From the NCBI GenBank assembly GCA_900767915.1, contig CAAGAX010000060.1, forward strand, positions 87,819 through 151,818: a stretch of DNA of 64,000 bases, given 5' to 3'. Shown here one piece after another: positions 9,432 to 20,128 of this stretch (the first letter of the stretch is position 1; the number at the start of each line of letters is the position of its first letter). The stretch comes from Acholeplasmatales bacterium (GTDB lineage: Bacteria > Bacillota_I > Bacilli_A > Acholeplasmatales > Anaeroplasmataceae). The position numbers and the translations under genes were made by a program. The notes beneath the pieces were generated by a model that was not told where the DNA came from, did not search any database, and saw only the letters and a program-made list of their open reading frames with translations.

Positions 9432-10639
9432 TATTAATGGATATAAGTAAAATAAGAGATGACTTTCAGGTTTTTAAAGATAATCCAAAGCTTTGTTATT
9501 TAGATAGTGCTGCAATGGCATTAAAACCAAAGCCAGTTATTGATTCTGTATGTGATTATTATTCACATTTAGGTGTTAATGTACATCGTGGTGTCTATGG
9601 GTTATCATATCAGGCAACTGATAAATATGAGGAATCAAGAAGCACAATTGCGAAGTTTATTAATGCTTCATTTGAAGAGGTCATATTCACACGTGGTGCT
9701 AGTGCTTCTCTTAATTTAGTTGCTGAAAGCTATGGAAGCTTTTTAAAAGAGGGAGATGAAATAATCACCTCAGAGCTTGAACATCATTCTTCACATATGC
9801 CATGGATGAATGTTGCAAATAGGGTTAACGCTAAGATTAGGTATATTCCTTTAAATGAAGAAGGTAGAATAACTGTTGAAGCATTTAAAAGTGTATTAAC
9901 ATCAAAAACTAAGGTTGTTGCGATAACATATGTATCTAATGTTATGGGTTATATTACTCCAATCAAAGAAATAATAAAGCTAGCACATGAGGCTGGTGCT
10001 ATTGTAACATTAGATGGAGCACAGGCTGTTCCTCATATGAAGGTTGATGTTAAGAAGCTTGATTGTGACTTCCTTTCATTTTCAGGACATAAGCTATGTG
10101 GTCCTACGGGAATTGGTGTTTTATATGGTAAAAAGGAATTATTAAGAAAAATGCCTCCAATTGAATTTGGCGGAGATATGGCTGATACAGTTAAGACTGA
10201 TTCAATGACTTTTAAGGATATACCTTATAAGTTTGAAACAGGTACTCCGATTATTGCTGGTGTTATTGGTTTAGCTCGTGCTTGTGAATATATTTCTGAT
10301 ATTGGACTTGATGAAATATCAAAATATGAATATATGTTAAAGAGTAAAGCTATTGAAGAATTAAAGAAAATAGATGGAATTACAATTTATAATCCTAATG
10401 CTGAAACAGGAATTATATCTTTTAATATTGATGGAGTTCATCCTCATGATGCTGCATCAGTATTTGATAAGAATGGAGTATGTATTAGAGCTGGACATCA
10501 TTGTAGTCAGCTTATTACCTCTTGGCTTGGAACTATAGGTACTGTAAGAGCGTCATTCTATTTTTATAATACATTAGAAGATGTAGATTTATTTGTTAAA
10601 AGTGTTAAGGAAGCAAAAGATTTCTTTAATATGTTTTAG
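9428..10639 (+). CDS. sufS: cysteine desulfurase SufS (class V aminotransferase)
   Basis: 403 aa. PLP-lysine motif 'FSGHKLCGPTGIGVL' and active-site loop 'RAGHHCSQ'. Confidence 0.9.
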   Translation: MILMDISKIRDDFQVFKDNPKLCYLDSAAMALKPKPVIDSVCDYYSHLGVNVHRGVYGLSYQATDKYEESRSTIAKFINASFEEVIFTRGASASLNLVAESYGSFLKEGDEIITSELEHHSSHMPWMNVANRVNAKIRYIPLNEEGRITVEAFKSVLTSKTKVVAITYVSNVMGYITPIKEIIKLAHEAGAIVTLDGAQAVPHMKVDVKKLDCDFLSFSGHKLCGPTGIGVLYGKKELLRKMPPIEFGGDMADTVKTDSMTFKDIPYKFETGTPIIAGVIGLARACEYISDIGLDEISKYEYMLKSKAIEELKKIDGITIYNPNAETGIISFNIDGVHPHDAASVFDKNGVCIRAGHHCSQLITSWLGTIGTVRASFYFYNTLEDVDLFVKSVKEAKDFFNMF

Positions 10640-10651
10640 GAGGAATTAATT

Positions 10652-11092
10652 ATGGATCTAACAACATTATATAGAACTGTAATAATGGATAATTATAAAA
10701 ACCCTAAAAATAAAGGCTTAAAAAGAACTGATGATTATCATTTTGTTCATTTAAATAACCCTTCATGTGGTGACGATATGAATGTTGAATGTAAAATTGA
10801 GGATGGAATTGTTAAGGAAATTCATCATGATGGTCATGGCTGTAGTATTTGTTGTTCAAGTGCTTCAGTAATGAGTGATACATTAGCTGGTCATACTGTT
10901 GAAGAGGCACTAGAGATTATTCATGATTTTTATGAGCTTGTTAAAGGGGAAGAACCAAAGGATGAAGAAGCATTAGGTGAAGCTATTGCCTATATGGGAG
11001 TAAGAGATTTCCCAGCTAGAATAAAGTGTGCTACTTTATCATGGAAAGCAATTGAACAAGCTATTATAGAGGTGCAAAATGGACAAAAGTAA
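10652..11092 (+). CDS. sufU: SUF-type Fe-S scaffold / sulfur acceptor SufU (NifU/IscU-like)
   Basis: 146 aa. 'NPSCGDDM', '[12 protein letters not shown]' and 'RIKCATLSW' motifs. Confidence 0.9.
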   Translation: MDLTTLYRTVIMDNYKNPKNKGLKRTDDYHFVHLNNPSCGDDMNVECKIEDGIVKEIHHDGHGCSICCSSASVMSDTLAGHTVEEALEIIHDFYELVKGEEPKDEEALGEAIAYMGVRDFPARIKCATLSWKAIEQAIIEVQNGQK

Positions 11093-12488
11093 AGAAGAGA
11101 TAAATGAAATAGTTGGTGATTACAAATATGGCTTTACAACTGATGCGAAAACTGTTTTAACATCAGGTAAGGGATTATCAAAAGAGGTTGTTGAATTTAT
11201 TTCTAGAGCTAAGCATGAGCCTGATTGGATGAGAGAATTTAGATTAAATGCTTATGAGGCATTTTTAAAAATTCCTAATCCAAGCTGGGGACCAGACTTA
11301 TCTAGTATAGATTTTGATGAATATACTTATTATATAAAATCATCAGAAAAAACTGAAAATTCATGGGATGAGGTTCCAGAGCCTATTAGAGATACCTTTA
11401 ATAAATTAGGTATTCCTGAAGCAGAGGCAAAATATTTAGCCGGATCATCAACACAATTTGAATCAGAGGTTGTTTATCATAATAATTTGAAGGAATTAGA
11501 TGAACAAGGAGTAATATTTTGTGATACAGATACTGCAGTTAGATTATATCCTGATTTAGTAAAGGAATATTTTGGTAAAATTGTTCCTTATACTGACAAT
11601 AAATATGCAGCCTTAAATAGTGCTGTATGGAGTGGTGGGTCATTTATTTATGTACCGAAGGGCGTAAAGCTTACAAAGCCAGTTCAATCATATTTTAGAA
11701 TTAATTCTGAAAGAATGGGACAATTCGAAAGAACACTTATTATTGTTGAGGATGAGGCTGATGTCCATTATGTAGAAGGCTGTACTGCTCCTCAATATTC
11801 AAAGGATTCCTTACATGCGGCAGTAGTTGAAATTTATGTTAAGAAGCATGCACATTGTCGTTATTCAACAGTTCAAAACTGGAGTAACAATATTGTTAAC
11901 CTGGTAACAAAGCGTACATTAGTTGATGATTATGGACATATGGAGTGGATTGACGGAAACGTTGGAGCTGGATTAAATATGAAATATCCTGCGTGCGTAT
12001 TAAAGGGAAAGCATTCAAAGGGAACTACAATTTCTATTGCTTTCGCATCCCAAGGACAATTACAGGATACAGGTGCTAAAATGATTCATTTAGGTGAAGG
12101 CTCAACCTCTACTATTATTTCAAAGAGTATTTGCAGAAGTGGTGGTAAGGTTAACTATCGTGGTATGGTTTCATGTGGTAATAAGGCACTTGGTGCGAGA
12201 AGCCATGTTGAATGTGATACCTTAATTTTAGATGGTGAATCAACATCAGATACAATTCCTACAAATACAGGAAAAAATAGTGACATGTATATTGAGCATG
12301 AGGCTACTGTTTCAAAGGTTAATGAGGAACAGCTATTTTATTTAATGAGTAGAGGTTTAACAGAATCTGAAGCTACAGAGATGATTGTTATGGGCTTTAT
12401 TGAACCATTTAGTAAGGAATTACCAATGGAGTATGCGGTTGAATTAAATAGATTAATTAAGCTTGAAATGGTTAATTCTATTGGATAA
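11079..12488 (+). CDS. sufB: Fe-S cluster assembly protein SufB
   Basis: 469 aa. '[17 protein letters not shown]' and 'KYPACVLKG' are typical SufB sequences. Confidence 0.95.
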   Translation: MDKSKEEINEIVGDYKYGFTTDAKTVLTSGKGLSKEVVEFISRAKHEPDWMREFRLNAYEAFLKIPNPSWGPDLSSIDFDEYTYYIKSSEKTENSWDEVPEPIRDTFNKLGIPEAEAKYLAGSSTQFESEVVYHNNLKELDEQGVIFCDTDTAVRLYPDLVKEYFGKIVPYTDNKYAALNSAVWSGGSFIYVPKGVKLTKPVQSYFRINSERMGQFERTLIIVEDEADVHYVEGCTAPQYSKDSLHAAVVEIYVKKHAHCRYSTVQNWSNNIVNLVTKRTLVDDYGHMEWIDGNVGAGLNMKYPACVLKGKHSKGTTISIAFASQGQLQDTGAKMIHLGEGSTSTIISKSICRSGGKVNYRGMVSCGNKALGARSHVECDTLILDGESTSDTIPTNTGKNSDMYIEHEATVSKVNEEQLFYLMSRGLTESEATEMIVMGFIEPFSKELPMEYAVELNRLIKLEMVNSIG

Positions 12489-12513
12489 AATTAAATTTAT
12501 TTATAAAAATACT

Positions 12514-12547
12514 AGCATTTTGTTAATTGTAGCAAAATGCTTTTTTC
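12514..12547 (+). terminator. rho-independent terminator closing the suf operon
   Basis: 9-bp perfect stem AGCATTTTG / CAAAATGCT followed by TTTTTTC. Confidence 0.7.
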
Positions 12548-12633
12548 TTTAAATATATTTCTTGCTTAATAATGATAAATATAATAAAATTTATGTAATG
12601 AAATTTATTTATTTTAAAAAAAGAGGTGATTTT

Positions 12634-14031
12634 GTGGCATCTATTTTTGATATTACAGGAGATAATTTTTTCACTCCTCTTGCTAGTAAAAATAAAAAAA
12701 TATATATCGATACAATTTTATATTTACATAGTCTAATTAATGAGCTTTTTGAAGCCTCAGCTAATGAAAAAAATAAAATAATTGATTCTTTAGCTTCTCA
12801 TTTAGACGATTTAGCCTATATAGAGCTATATGATGATAGTACTAATAATGAAATAGAAGATAATATCGATAATTACAATAAAGCTAAAATTATTATTAAT
12901 TCATTAATTAATTATGGATGGCTAGTAGAAGAGTCTATTGGAGATGGAAAAAGAGCAATGGACTTTTCTAGTGTCAGCTATAGCTTTATAGCTTTAATTG
13001 AAGAAATGATGAATAATAAAAAGCCATCATATACAGGCTCTGTAAGAATTCTTAAGAATTATACTGAAACCTTTGATTATACAAGAATTGATAGCCTTGA
13101 AATTATCGATAGTGAGCTTTCTAAATTGGTTGTTTCCTTAAGAGGATTAAGATCAAGTATTCAAAAATATTATAAAAATATAACTAAAAATAAAAGTACA
13201 GTAGATTTAGAGGAGCTTTTAAATGAATTTACTGGTGAATATAAGGATGCCTTTTTTGATTCTTCCTATTTAAGATTGAAAATAATAGATAATATTGATA
13301 TTGAGATTCCCAAAATTGAGGATAGGCTTTTAGAAATATTTGATGATAAAAACTTTTTTAACATAGAAAAACTAATTAATTCAAGAATAGATAAGGATTA
13401 TAAAACCTATGAGGATGCTTTAAAATATTATTATGAAGCTAAAAAAAATATTTTTATAAATATAAGATCAATTCCTTCATTAATTAAAATGATTGATTCA
13501 AAGAATAATAAATATGTAACAAGAACAGTTAGTGTTATTATTCATTTAATTAATAGAGGAGAGGATATTGAAGGTATTTTAAATAGATTAATATCTTATA
13601 TTAAGAATGATAAGGAGCTAATAGATGATAAATATTTATCAATATTTGAAATGAAGCATTATTCATTTGATTTACTTGCACGTCCCAAAAAGAAGTCTAT
13701 TAAAATTAAACCTGAGGCAGTACCAATAGATATTGAAATTAGTGATGAAGTAAAAAAAGAAGCCTTATTAAGCTTAGAAAATGATAAAAAATATAATATT
13801 ACTAATGTTAATAAATTTGTTTTAGATTTTCTAAATGATAAAAATGAAAAAGAAATAAAAGAACTTGAAATAAAATCAAAGTTTGAATTTATAATGATAA
13901 TCTGTATTATTATGTATTCTAAAATACCTAATGCTATATATGATTTAAAGCCATTAAATGAAAGAATTCATAAAAATAATATTTCATTTAATAATTTTAT
14001 TATAAGAATAAAGGGAGGATATAATGACTAA
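12634..14031 (+). CDS. jetA: Wadjet JetA (MksF/kleisin-like subunit)
   Basis: First gene of a 4-gene overlapping operon with JetB/C/D-like partners. Best start is GTG 12634, behind RBS AGAGGTGA; the ORF track starts it at 12562. About 465 aa, fitting the size and position of JetA. The call rests mainly on context. Confidence 0.6.
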   Translation: MASIFDITGDNFFTPLASKNKKIYIDTILYLHSLINELFEASANEKNKIIDSLASHLDDLAYIELYDDSTNNEIEDNIDNYNKAKIIINSLINYGWLVEESIGDGKRAMDFSSVSYSFIALIEEMMNNKKPSYTGSVRILKNYTETFDYTRIDSLEIIDSELSKLVVSLRGLRSSIQKYYKNITKNKSTVDLEELLNEFTGEYKDAFFDSSYLRLKIIDNIDIEIPKIEDRLLEIFDDKNFFNIEKLINSRIDKDYKTYEDALKYYYEAKKNIFINIRSIPSLIKMIDSKNNKYVTRTVSVIIHLINRGEDIEGILNRLISYIKNDKELIDDKYLSIFEMKHYSFDLLARPKKKSIKIKPEAVPIDIEISDEVKKEALLSLENDKKYNITNVNKFVLDFLNDKNEKEIKELEIKSKFEFIMIICIIMYSKIPNAIYDLKPLNERIHKNNISFNNFIIRIKGGYND

Positions 14032-14647
14032 TTTAGAAAGTACTGAATTTAATCAGCTATATTGTGAATTATCTACAAAGGATAAGGATATATTTAAGGA
14101 TATTACTATTAGATTATTAAAGGTTAATTTCTTACTTAGAAAAATTAATAGTGAGATGTATTTATTTATTTTGAGTCATAAAGATATGTTTATCTTATTC
14201 TTTCAATATATTAATTTTGATTTTATTGTTAGAGAGGATAAGGAATTAGTCTATATTAAATCTAATGATGAAAAGCTATCAAAAAATTTGACTAAAAATG
14301 AAACTATATGTCTATTAATTTTAAGATTATTATATCAAAGAAAAATAGATGAGGTTAGCTTATCAAATGATATTGAAATAACTATTAAAGAGCTTCAGGA
14401 TCAACTATTTGCGATAGGTTTTGATAGTAATAATGATAGAGTTAAAAAAAGTATTTTAAATGATATGCTAAAGACTTTTAAGCAGCATAATATTGTATAT
14501 TATAACGATCAGGATACTAATTTAGATAATACAATAATTACTATTTATCCTTCAATTGAGGTTGCAATGGATTTTAAGGAAATGGAACAAATATTAATCA
14601 GATTAGAATCATTTTCTAATGGTGAGGAGGCTGATTTAGATGCTTAG
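14024..14647 (+). CDS. jetB: Wadjet JetB (MksE-like, DUF4194-type small subunit)
   Basis: 207 aa acidic protein. Its start overlaps the jetA stop (ATGACTAA). Position and size match JetB. Confidence 0.6.
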   Translation: MTNLESTEFNQLYCELSTKDKDIFKDITIRLLKVNFLLRKINSEMYLFILSHKDMFILFFQYINFDFIVREDKELVYIKSNDEKLSKNLTKNETICLLILRLLYQRKIDEVSLSNDIEITIKELQDQLFAIGFDSNNDRVKKSILNDMLKTFKQHNIVYYNDQDTNLDNTIITIYPSIEVAMDFKEMEQILIRLESFSNGEEADLDA

Positions 14648-17600
14648 TAAGGTATTATTAATTAATTGGATGTACTTTCAAAAGGCCTTACTTCCTATTA
14701 ATGGTAATACAGCAATAGTTGGTGTAAATGGTACAGGTAAATCAACAATCATTGATGCGATACAAATGCTATTATTAGGTGCTAGACAATCAAAATTTAA
14801 TTCAAATGCTAATGCTGAAAAAAGAACATTAGAATCATATGTAAGAGGACATATTGCTTCTTTTGATAAGGAATATTTAAGACCTAATGATGTTGTTACC
14901 TATTTAGCTATGCAGGTTGAGGTATCAGGTAGTAAATATATTTTTGGTATTAATATTGAATATAGAGCATTACAAAATAGATTATTAGATCCTAGATATT
15001 TTTTTATTAAGGACTTAGAATTAACTGAAGATTTATTTATAACAAGTGATAATTTTCCTAAATCATATGATGTGTTTAATAAGGAAATAAAAGGAAATAA
15101 AAGCTATATAGCCTTCCCTACTCTTTTAAGCTATCAAAATAAGATTAAAGAAATATTTGGATTAAAAATAGATGGATCTTATTTTAAGATTTTATCAAGA
15201 GCGATTGGTATAAAAAATATTACTGAATGTAATAAATTCATGAATGAATTTGTTTTAGATGAGGCTATTATTGATGTTACTGATATAAAGAAAAATATAT
15301 TAGAAATGGAACGTATCTCTAAAACTATTGAGCGTGAAGAGGAAAAGCTTAAAGCTTTAGATAATATAGTTAATTTTGGAGATGAAATTAATTCTAATTT
15401 AAATGAATATGAAAGATTACAATATAAATATTTAATTGCTTCTATTCTAAATTTAGATAATGAAATTTTAAGGATTAAGGAAGAAAATAATAAATTATTA
15501 ATTTCTTTAGATGAAGAGAAAAAAAGAAAAATAAGCTATGAAAATAGTAATGAAGATTACTATAAATCTAAGCTAGAATTAGAAAATGCATATAATAATC
15601 TATTTCCTGATTTAATGCTTAAAAAGGATAGATTAAATCAATTAGAGAATGAATATAATACTATTCATAGTTATTTAAATACATTTATTTCTAGATGCAA
15701 TAATGAATTAAAAGAATTTAATTTATTAAAAGAATTAAAAAATAAAGAAATTAATAATTTTATTAATTATTTAAAGGTAGGAGATTATACTACAAGTAGT
15801 GCTAAAGAAAATTTTAATACTATTAGAAATACATTAAAGCTTTTATTAGAAGAATATAGTGAAGAATTAGCACTTTTAAAAAATAATATAAAGCTAATTA
15901 GAGATGAAATTTTTGAAATACAAGAAACTATTAAAAGCTTAGAAAATAATCAGCCTAAATTTAATAATACTTTATTAAGCTTTAGAGATTATATAAAAAA
16001 GGGCTTATATGATAAATATAAGGTTGATGTTGATGTTAAGTTTTTATGTGAATATTTAGATATTTCTAATGATGAATGGAGAAATGCAATTGAAGGCTAT
16101 TTAGGTAATCAAAGATTTTATTTGGTTGTACCTAATAATTATTATAAGGACGCTTTAAAGCTATATAATAGTAATAATAGCTTTTATGGTATTAGAATTA
16201 TAAATTGCTTAAGATTGCCAAGCTTTGACAGTGAAAAGAATACATTAGGAGATTATGTTGTAGCTTCTAATGACATTGCTTTAAATTATGCTAGATATAT
16301 TTTAAATAGAGTTCATTGTGTTGATGATATTAATGATTTAGATAATTATGATATTTCTATAACTAGGGATTGTATGTGTTATCAAAATTATAGTGTTTTT
16401 AGAATTGCTCCTAAAAGATATAAGGAAAGCTTTATTGGTGCTTTAGGATTAAAGAAGCAATTGGAATTAAAGAAAGAAGAATTCGAAAATAAAAATATTG
16501 AAGCCAGTAAGCTTCTTTCTAATTATAACGAGCTTAATGAATATAAGAAGCTTATTAATAATAATATTAATTTCTTAAGTGAAATGATTGAAAATAATGA
16601 TTATTTTAATAGTATTGATAGAGATAGCTATTTAGATAAGGAAATTAATAATTTGAAAGAAAAAATTAATTTCTATCAAAATGATCCTAAGAGCATGGAA
16701 ATTCTACTTAAAATAAGTGATTGTGAAAAGTCTATTGAAGCTAATAAAAATTTAATTACAGCAACAGATAACTTTATTATTAACCTAAATTCTAAAATTG
16801 AAGCTAATAATAATGATATTTCCTCTAAAGAAAAAGAAAAGCTTAACTATAGTGATGATTTATATGGTGCTCAACAATTATTATTAGATTCTATTAGAGA
16901 TGAATTGCAAGATGTTAAGATCAATAGAGCCTATATAAGTAGCTTATATAATAATATTAAAATATTAAATAATAAGAATATTAAGGATAGAAGTGATATT
17001 GAGAATTTAATGAGAGGTGTAAGAGATAAATTTAATATTAATCTTGAGCCTAATTTTGATTTATTTGATAGGTATAAAGAAGAAAAGAATAAGATAAATC
17101 AAAATGTATTTAAATCAAATTCAAAGCTTATTGAAATGAGAAAAAGCTATTTAAAGTTATTCTTTAGTGAATTTCTATCTAAATTAAATCAATCTATTGA
17201 AAATGCCTTTGAAACCATAAAAAATCTTAATAATAGTTTATCTACATTTACCTTTGGTAATGATTATTATAGTATTAAATGTGATATTACTAATAATTTA
17301 GATTTAAAAGAAATTTATGAATATGCTAAGGAATTTAATTCTTCTAATTCTGATAGAGGATTATTTGTTGATAGGGAATATGAGGATAAGAAGCGACAAA
17401 GGGTTGAAGAATTATTAAATCAATATATGTTTAGTGATGATATTAAAACTCAAAATATTGTTGTAGATTATAGAAATTATTTATATTTTGATGTTTTAGT
17501 TCATTCTAATGATATTATTAAAAGCTTAAATAGAGTTATTAGATCACAATCTGGTGGAGAGGTACAGGTTCCTTTTTATATTCTTTCTGGTGTAGCCTTT

Positions 17601-17846
17601 AAGCAAACATTAGATAAAAGAAATAAGGATGCATTAGGTATTGTTTTATACGATGAGGCGTTTGATAAGATGGATGCTCAAAGAATTCAATCAATGCTTC
17701 TATTTTATAAAGATAAGCTTAATATTCAAGTTGTTCTTGCAGCTCCTGGTAAGCTTGATTCCTTAGTAGATAATATGAATACTATTTTAGCTATTGTTAG
17801 AGATAATGATAAAGCGATTGTGAGTGATATTTCTCATGACATTTGA
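14640..17846 (+). CDS. jetC: Wadjet JetC (SMC/MukB-like ATPase)
   Basis: 1068 aa. N-terminal Walker A 'GVNGTGKST', a very long K/E/N-rich coiled-coil middle, then C-terminal signature 'QSGGE' and Walker B 'VLYDEAFDKMD'. Confidence 0.85.
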   Translation: MLSKVLLINWMYFQKALLPINGNTAIVGVNGTGKSTIIDAIQMLLLGARQSKFNSNANAEKRTLESYVRGHIASFDKEYLRPNDVVTYLAMQVEVSGSKYIFGINIEYRALQNRLLDPRYFFIKDLELTEDLFITSDNFPKSYDVFNKEIKGNKSYIAFPTLLSYQNKIKEIFGLKIDGSYFKILSRAIGIKNITECNKFMNEFVLDEAIIDVTDIKKNILEMERISKTIEREEEKLKALDNIVNFGDEINSNLNEYERLQYKYLIASILNLDNEILRIKEENNKLLISLDEEKKRKISYENSNEDYYKSKLELENAYNNLFPDLMLKKDRLNQLENEYNTIHSYLNTFISRCNNELKEFNLLKELKNKEINNFINYLKVGDYTTSSAKENFNTIRNTLKLLLEEYSEELALLKNNIKLIRDEIFEIQETIKSLENNQPKFNNTLLSFRDYIKKGLYDKYKVDVDVKFLCEYLDISNDEWRNAIEGYLGNQRFYLVVPNNYYKDALKLYNSNNSFYGIRIINCLRLPSFDSEKNTLGDYVVASNDIALNYARYILNRVHCVDDINDLDNYDISITRDCMCYQNYSVFRIAPKRYKESFIGALGLKKQLELKKEEFENKNIEASKLLSNYNELNEYKKLINNNINFLSEMIENNDYFNSIDRDSYLDKEINNLKEKINFYQNDPKSMEILLKISDCEKSIEANKNLITATDNFIINLNSKIEANNNDISSKEKEKLNYSDDLYGAQQLLLDSIRDELQDVKINRAYISSLYNNIKILNNKNIKDRSDIENLMRGVRDKFNINLEPNFDLFDRYKEEKNKINQNVFKSNSKLIEMRKSYLKLFFSEFLSKLNQSIENAFETIKNLNNSLSTFTFGNDYYSIKCDITNNLDLKEIYEYAKEFNSSNSDRGLFVDREYEDKKRQRVEELLNQYMFSDDIKTQNIVVDYRNYLYFDVLVHSNDIIKSLNRVIRSQSGGEVQVPFYILSGVAFKQTLDKRNKDALGIVLYDEAFDKMDAQRIQSMLLFYKDKLNIQVVLAAPGKLDSLVDNMNTILAIVRDNDKAIVSDISHDI

Positions 17847-18957
17847 TGAAATAATATTAACTGATTTAGTAAAAATTTATGAGAAAAGAGATTCTCATAG
17901 CTCTAGCTTTAAAACTAAAATAAAAATAGTATTAAATAAAGATAAATATCCTAAGTATTTTGATAATATTAATGAATATGATGATGCTATAAAAAGATTA
18001 TCTTTAAAGGGATATATTTTTACTCATAAAATGAAGCATGATACTGTAATTGATTATATTTATCTTAATTTAGATTATATAGATGAAATAAAGGAGCTTT
18101 TAGGAATTGATTCTATAGCTTATAAAAGAGATAAATTAATTAATGAATTAGATAAGTATGATGATAGTATTATTATAAATTTAAGAGATATGATTATTAA
18201 TAGAATTAATAATAATAAATCAATTGTTAAATATTTAAATGATGATTTTATTGATTCAATAAGAGCAGTTCATTATTTAGAAAATATTAAATCTCCTATT
18301 TATGAAAGAAATGCTAGTAATTATTTATTTAATGATTCTAAAAGATTAAATAAAATTAAAGGTATAATAGAGGATATTTATAATAATAGTAATATTTTTG
18401 AGGAAAAGGGTATATTATCCTTTACACCATATTTATTTCTTAAGGGTGAAGGTATTATTAGAATAAATCAAGAGGTTATTGATTTAAGTAAGCTAAATAC
18501 TTCAATAGGGATTCCTATTGATAATATTGATATTATTAGCTTTGTAGATATTAGTATGATTACAACTATTGAAAATCTTACTACCTTTTATGATTATATA
18601 GGTAAAGGATGTATTATTTATTTAGGTGGATTTCCTTCTAGAAGTCAAATAAGTATTTTAAATAAAATTAAAGAGGTATGTAATTCATTTTATCATTTTG
18701 GTGACATAGATTATGGTGGATATTTAATACTAGATAATTTAATTAGTAATTTAAATATTAATATTAATACTATTAATATGGATTTAAAAACATTAATTAA
18801 TAATAAAAAATATTTATCTCATTTTAATGATGATAAATATATAGAAAAGCTTTACTCCTTATTAGATAAGCCTAATTTAGTTAAATATTATAATTCTATT
18901 AAATATATGATAGATAATAGAGTATGGCTAGAGCAGGAAAGCTTTTATAATAGATAA
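17824..18957 (+). CDS. jetD: Wadjet JetD (Toprim-like nuclease subunit, DUF2220-type)
   Basis: 377 aa and overlaps the jetC stop. The C-terminal half carries 'TIENLTTF' and 'HFGDIDYGGYLIL', an acidic Toprim-like cluster. The probable start is ATG 17836. Confidence 0.75.
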   Translation: MIFLMTFDEIILTDLVKIYEKRDSHSSSFKTKIKIVLNKDKYPKYFDNINEYDDAIKRLSLKGYIFTHKMKHDTVIDYIYLNLDYIDEIKELLGIDSIAYKRDKLINELDKYDDSIIINLRDMIINRINNNKSIVKYLNDDFIDSIRAVHYLENIKSPIYERNASNYLFNDSKRLNKIKGIIEDIYNNSNIFEEKGILSFTPYLFLKGEGIIRINQEVIDLSKLNTSIGIPIDNIDIISFVDISMITTIENLTTFYDYIGKGCIIYLGGFPSRSQISILNKIKEVCNSFYHFGDIDYGGYLILDNLISNLNININTINMDLKTLINNKKYLSHFNDDKYIEKLYSLLDKPNLVKYYNSIKYMIDNRVWLEQESFYNR

Positions 18958-18971
18958 TATAAGAGGTATAT

Positions 18972-19682
18972 ATGATAACATCTTTAGAAAATGAAAAAGT
19001 AAAGCTTTTAATTAAATTAAATCAAGCTAAGTATCGTAAAAAGGAACATATGTTTATTGTTGAGGGAGCTCATTTAGTAGATGAAGCAAGGAAGGCTAAT
19101 TTATTAATTGAATGCTTTTCTATTAATGAAATTGAAGGATATACTCAGGTTTCTATTCCTGTTATGAATAAAATAGCTAATACTGATACAACAGTAACAG
19201 AGATTGGTCTATGTAAAATGATAGAAAAAAATGAACTTAGTGATAAAATATTAATTTTAGATGGAGTACAGGATCCTGGTAATTTAGGGGCATTAATGAG
19301 AAGTAGTAAAGCTTTTGGCTTTGATACAATTATATTAGGTGAAGGTACTGTTGATATTTATAATGATAAAGCTATAAGAGCAAGTCAAGGAGCTATTTTT
19401 AAGCTTAATTTTATTAAGGCTAAGCTTATAGATTTTATTCCAACTCTTAAGGATTATAATATATATGGTACTAATGTAGTTAATGGAATTGATTTAAAAG
19501 ATGTAGTAGCTAGTAATAAAATTGGCATTGTTTTAGGCAATGAGGGTAATGGTATTAGCGATGAAGTAAATAATTTATTAGATAAAAATATTTATATTCC
19601 TATGAATAATACTGAATCTTTAAATGTCAGTGTTGCGGGAGGAATAATTATGTATTCATTGGCTAATAAAATGAATAGTTGA
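18972..19682 (+). CDS. TrmH/SpoU-family RNA 2'-O-methyltransferase (RlmB-like)
   Basis: 236 aa. 'LDGVQDPGNLGALMRS', 'VLGNEGNGIS' and 'ESLNVSVAGGIIMY' SPOUT motifs. Confidence 0.8.
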   Translation: MITSLENEKVKLLIKLNQAKYRKKEHMFIVEGAHLVDEARKANLLIECFSINEIEGYTQVSIPVMNKIANTDTTVTEIGLCKMIEKNELSDKILILDGVQDPGNLGALMRSSKAFGFDTIILGEGTVDIYNDKAIRASQGAIFKLNFIKAKLIDFIPTLKDYNIYGTNVVNGIDLKDVVASNKIGIVLGNEGNGISDEVNNLLDKNIYIPMNNTESLNVSVAGGIIMYSLANKMNS

Positions 19683-20061
19683 TGTGGTAATTATTATTAA
19701 TGCATATGTATGTGATGATATTATAGCTATTAACAAGATAGTAAGCTTTAAACAAAAATTTTACTTATTAAGCCATTCTTTTGTTTCTTTAATTTTATAA
19801 GTATTGGTTCATTAAATATATAAGGGATAACCTTAATTTATTTGTTAAAAAATAAAACAAATTGTTTAAGGCTATCCCTTTAATTTTATATTTATGTTAA
19901 TTTATAAAATAAAAAAAATATCCCAGATAATTATCAATCTTTAAAAAAGGGTAGTATATTATAGGATATTTTTCAAATAGTGATAATAAATTATATCTAG
20001 CTTTTATAGTTTCTTAAAATCAGATATTGGATCTTTTCAATTAAAGTTTACACTATGAAGA

Positions 20062-20089
20062 GTAAAAGAAAAAGAGGCTTTAGCCTCTT
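20062..20089 (-). terminator. rho-independent terminator of def
   Basis: Stem AAGAGGC / GCCTCTT with a 4-nt loop. On the minus strand it is followed by a T-run (the plus-strand A-run at 20062-20071). Confidence 0.7.
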
Positions 20090-20128
20090 AGGATTAAAAA
20101 TATTTTTTTCCTTTAAAAAAAATAGAGG

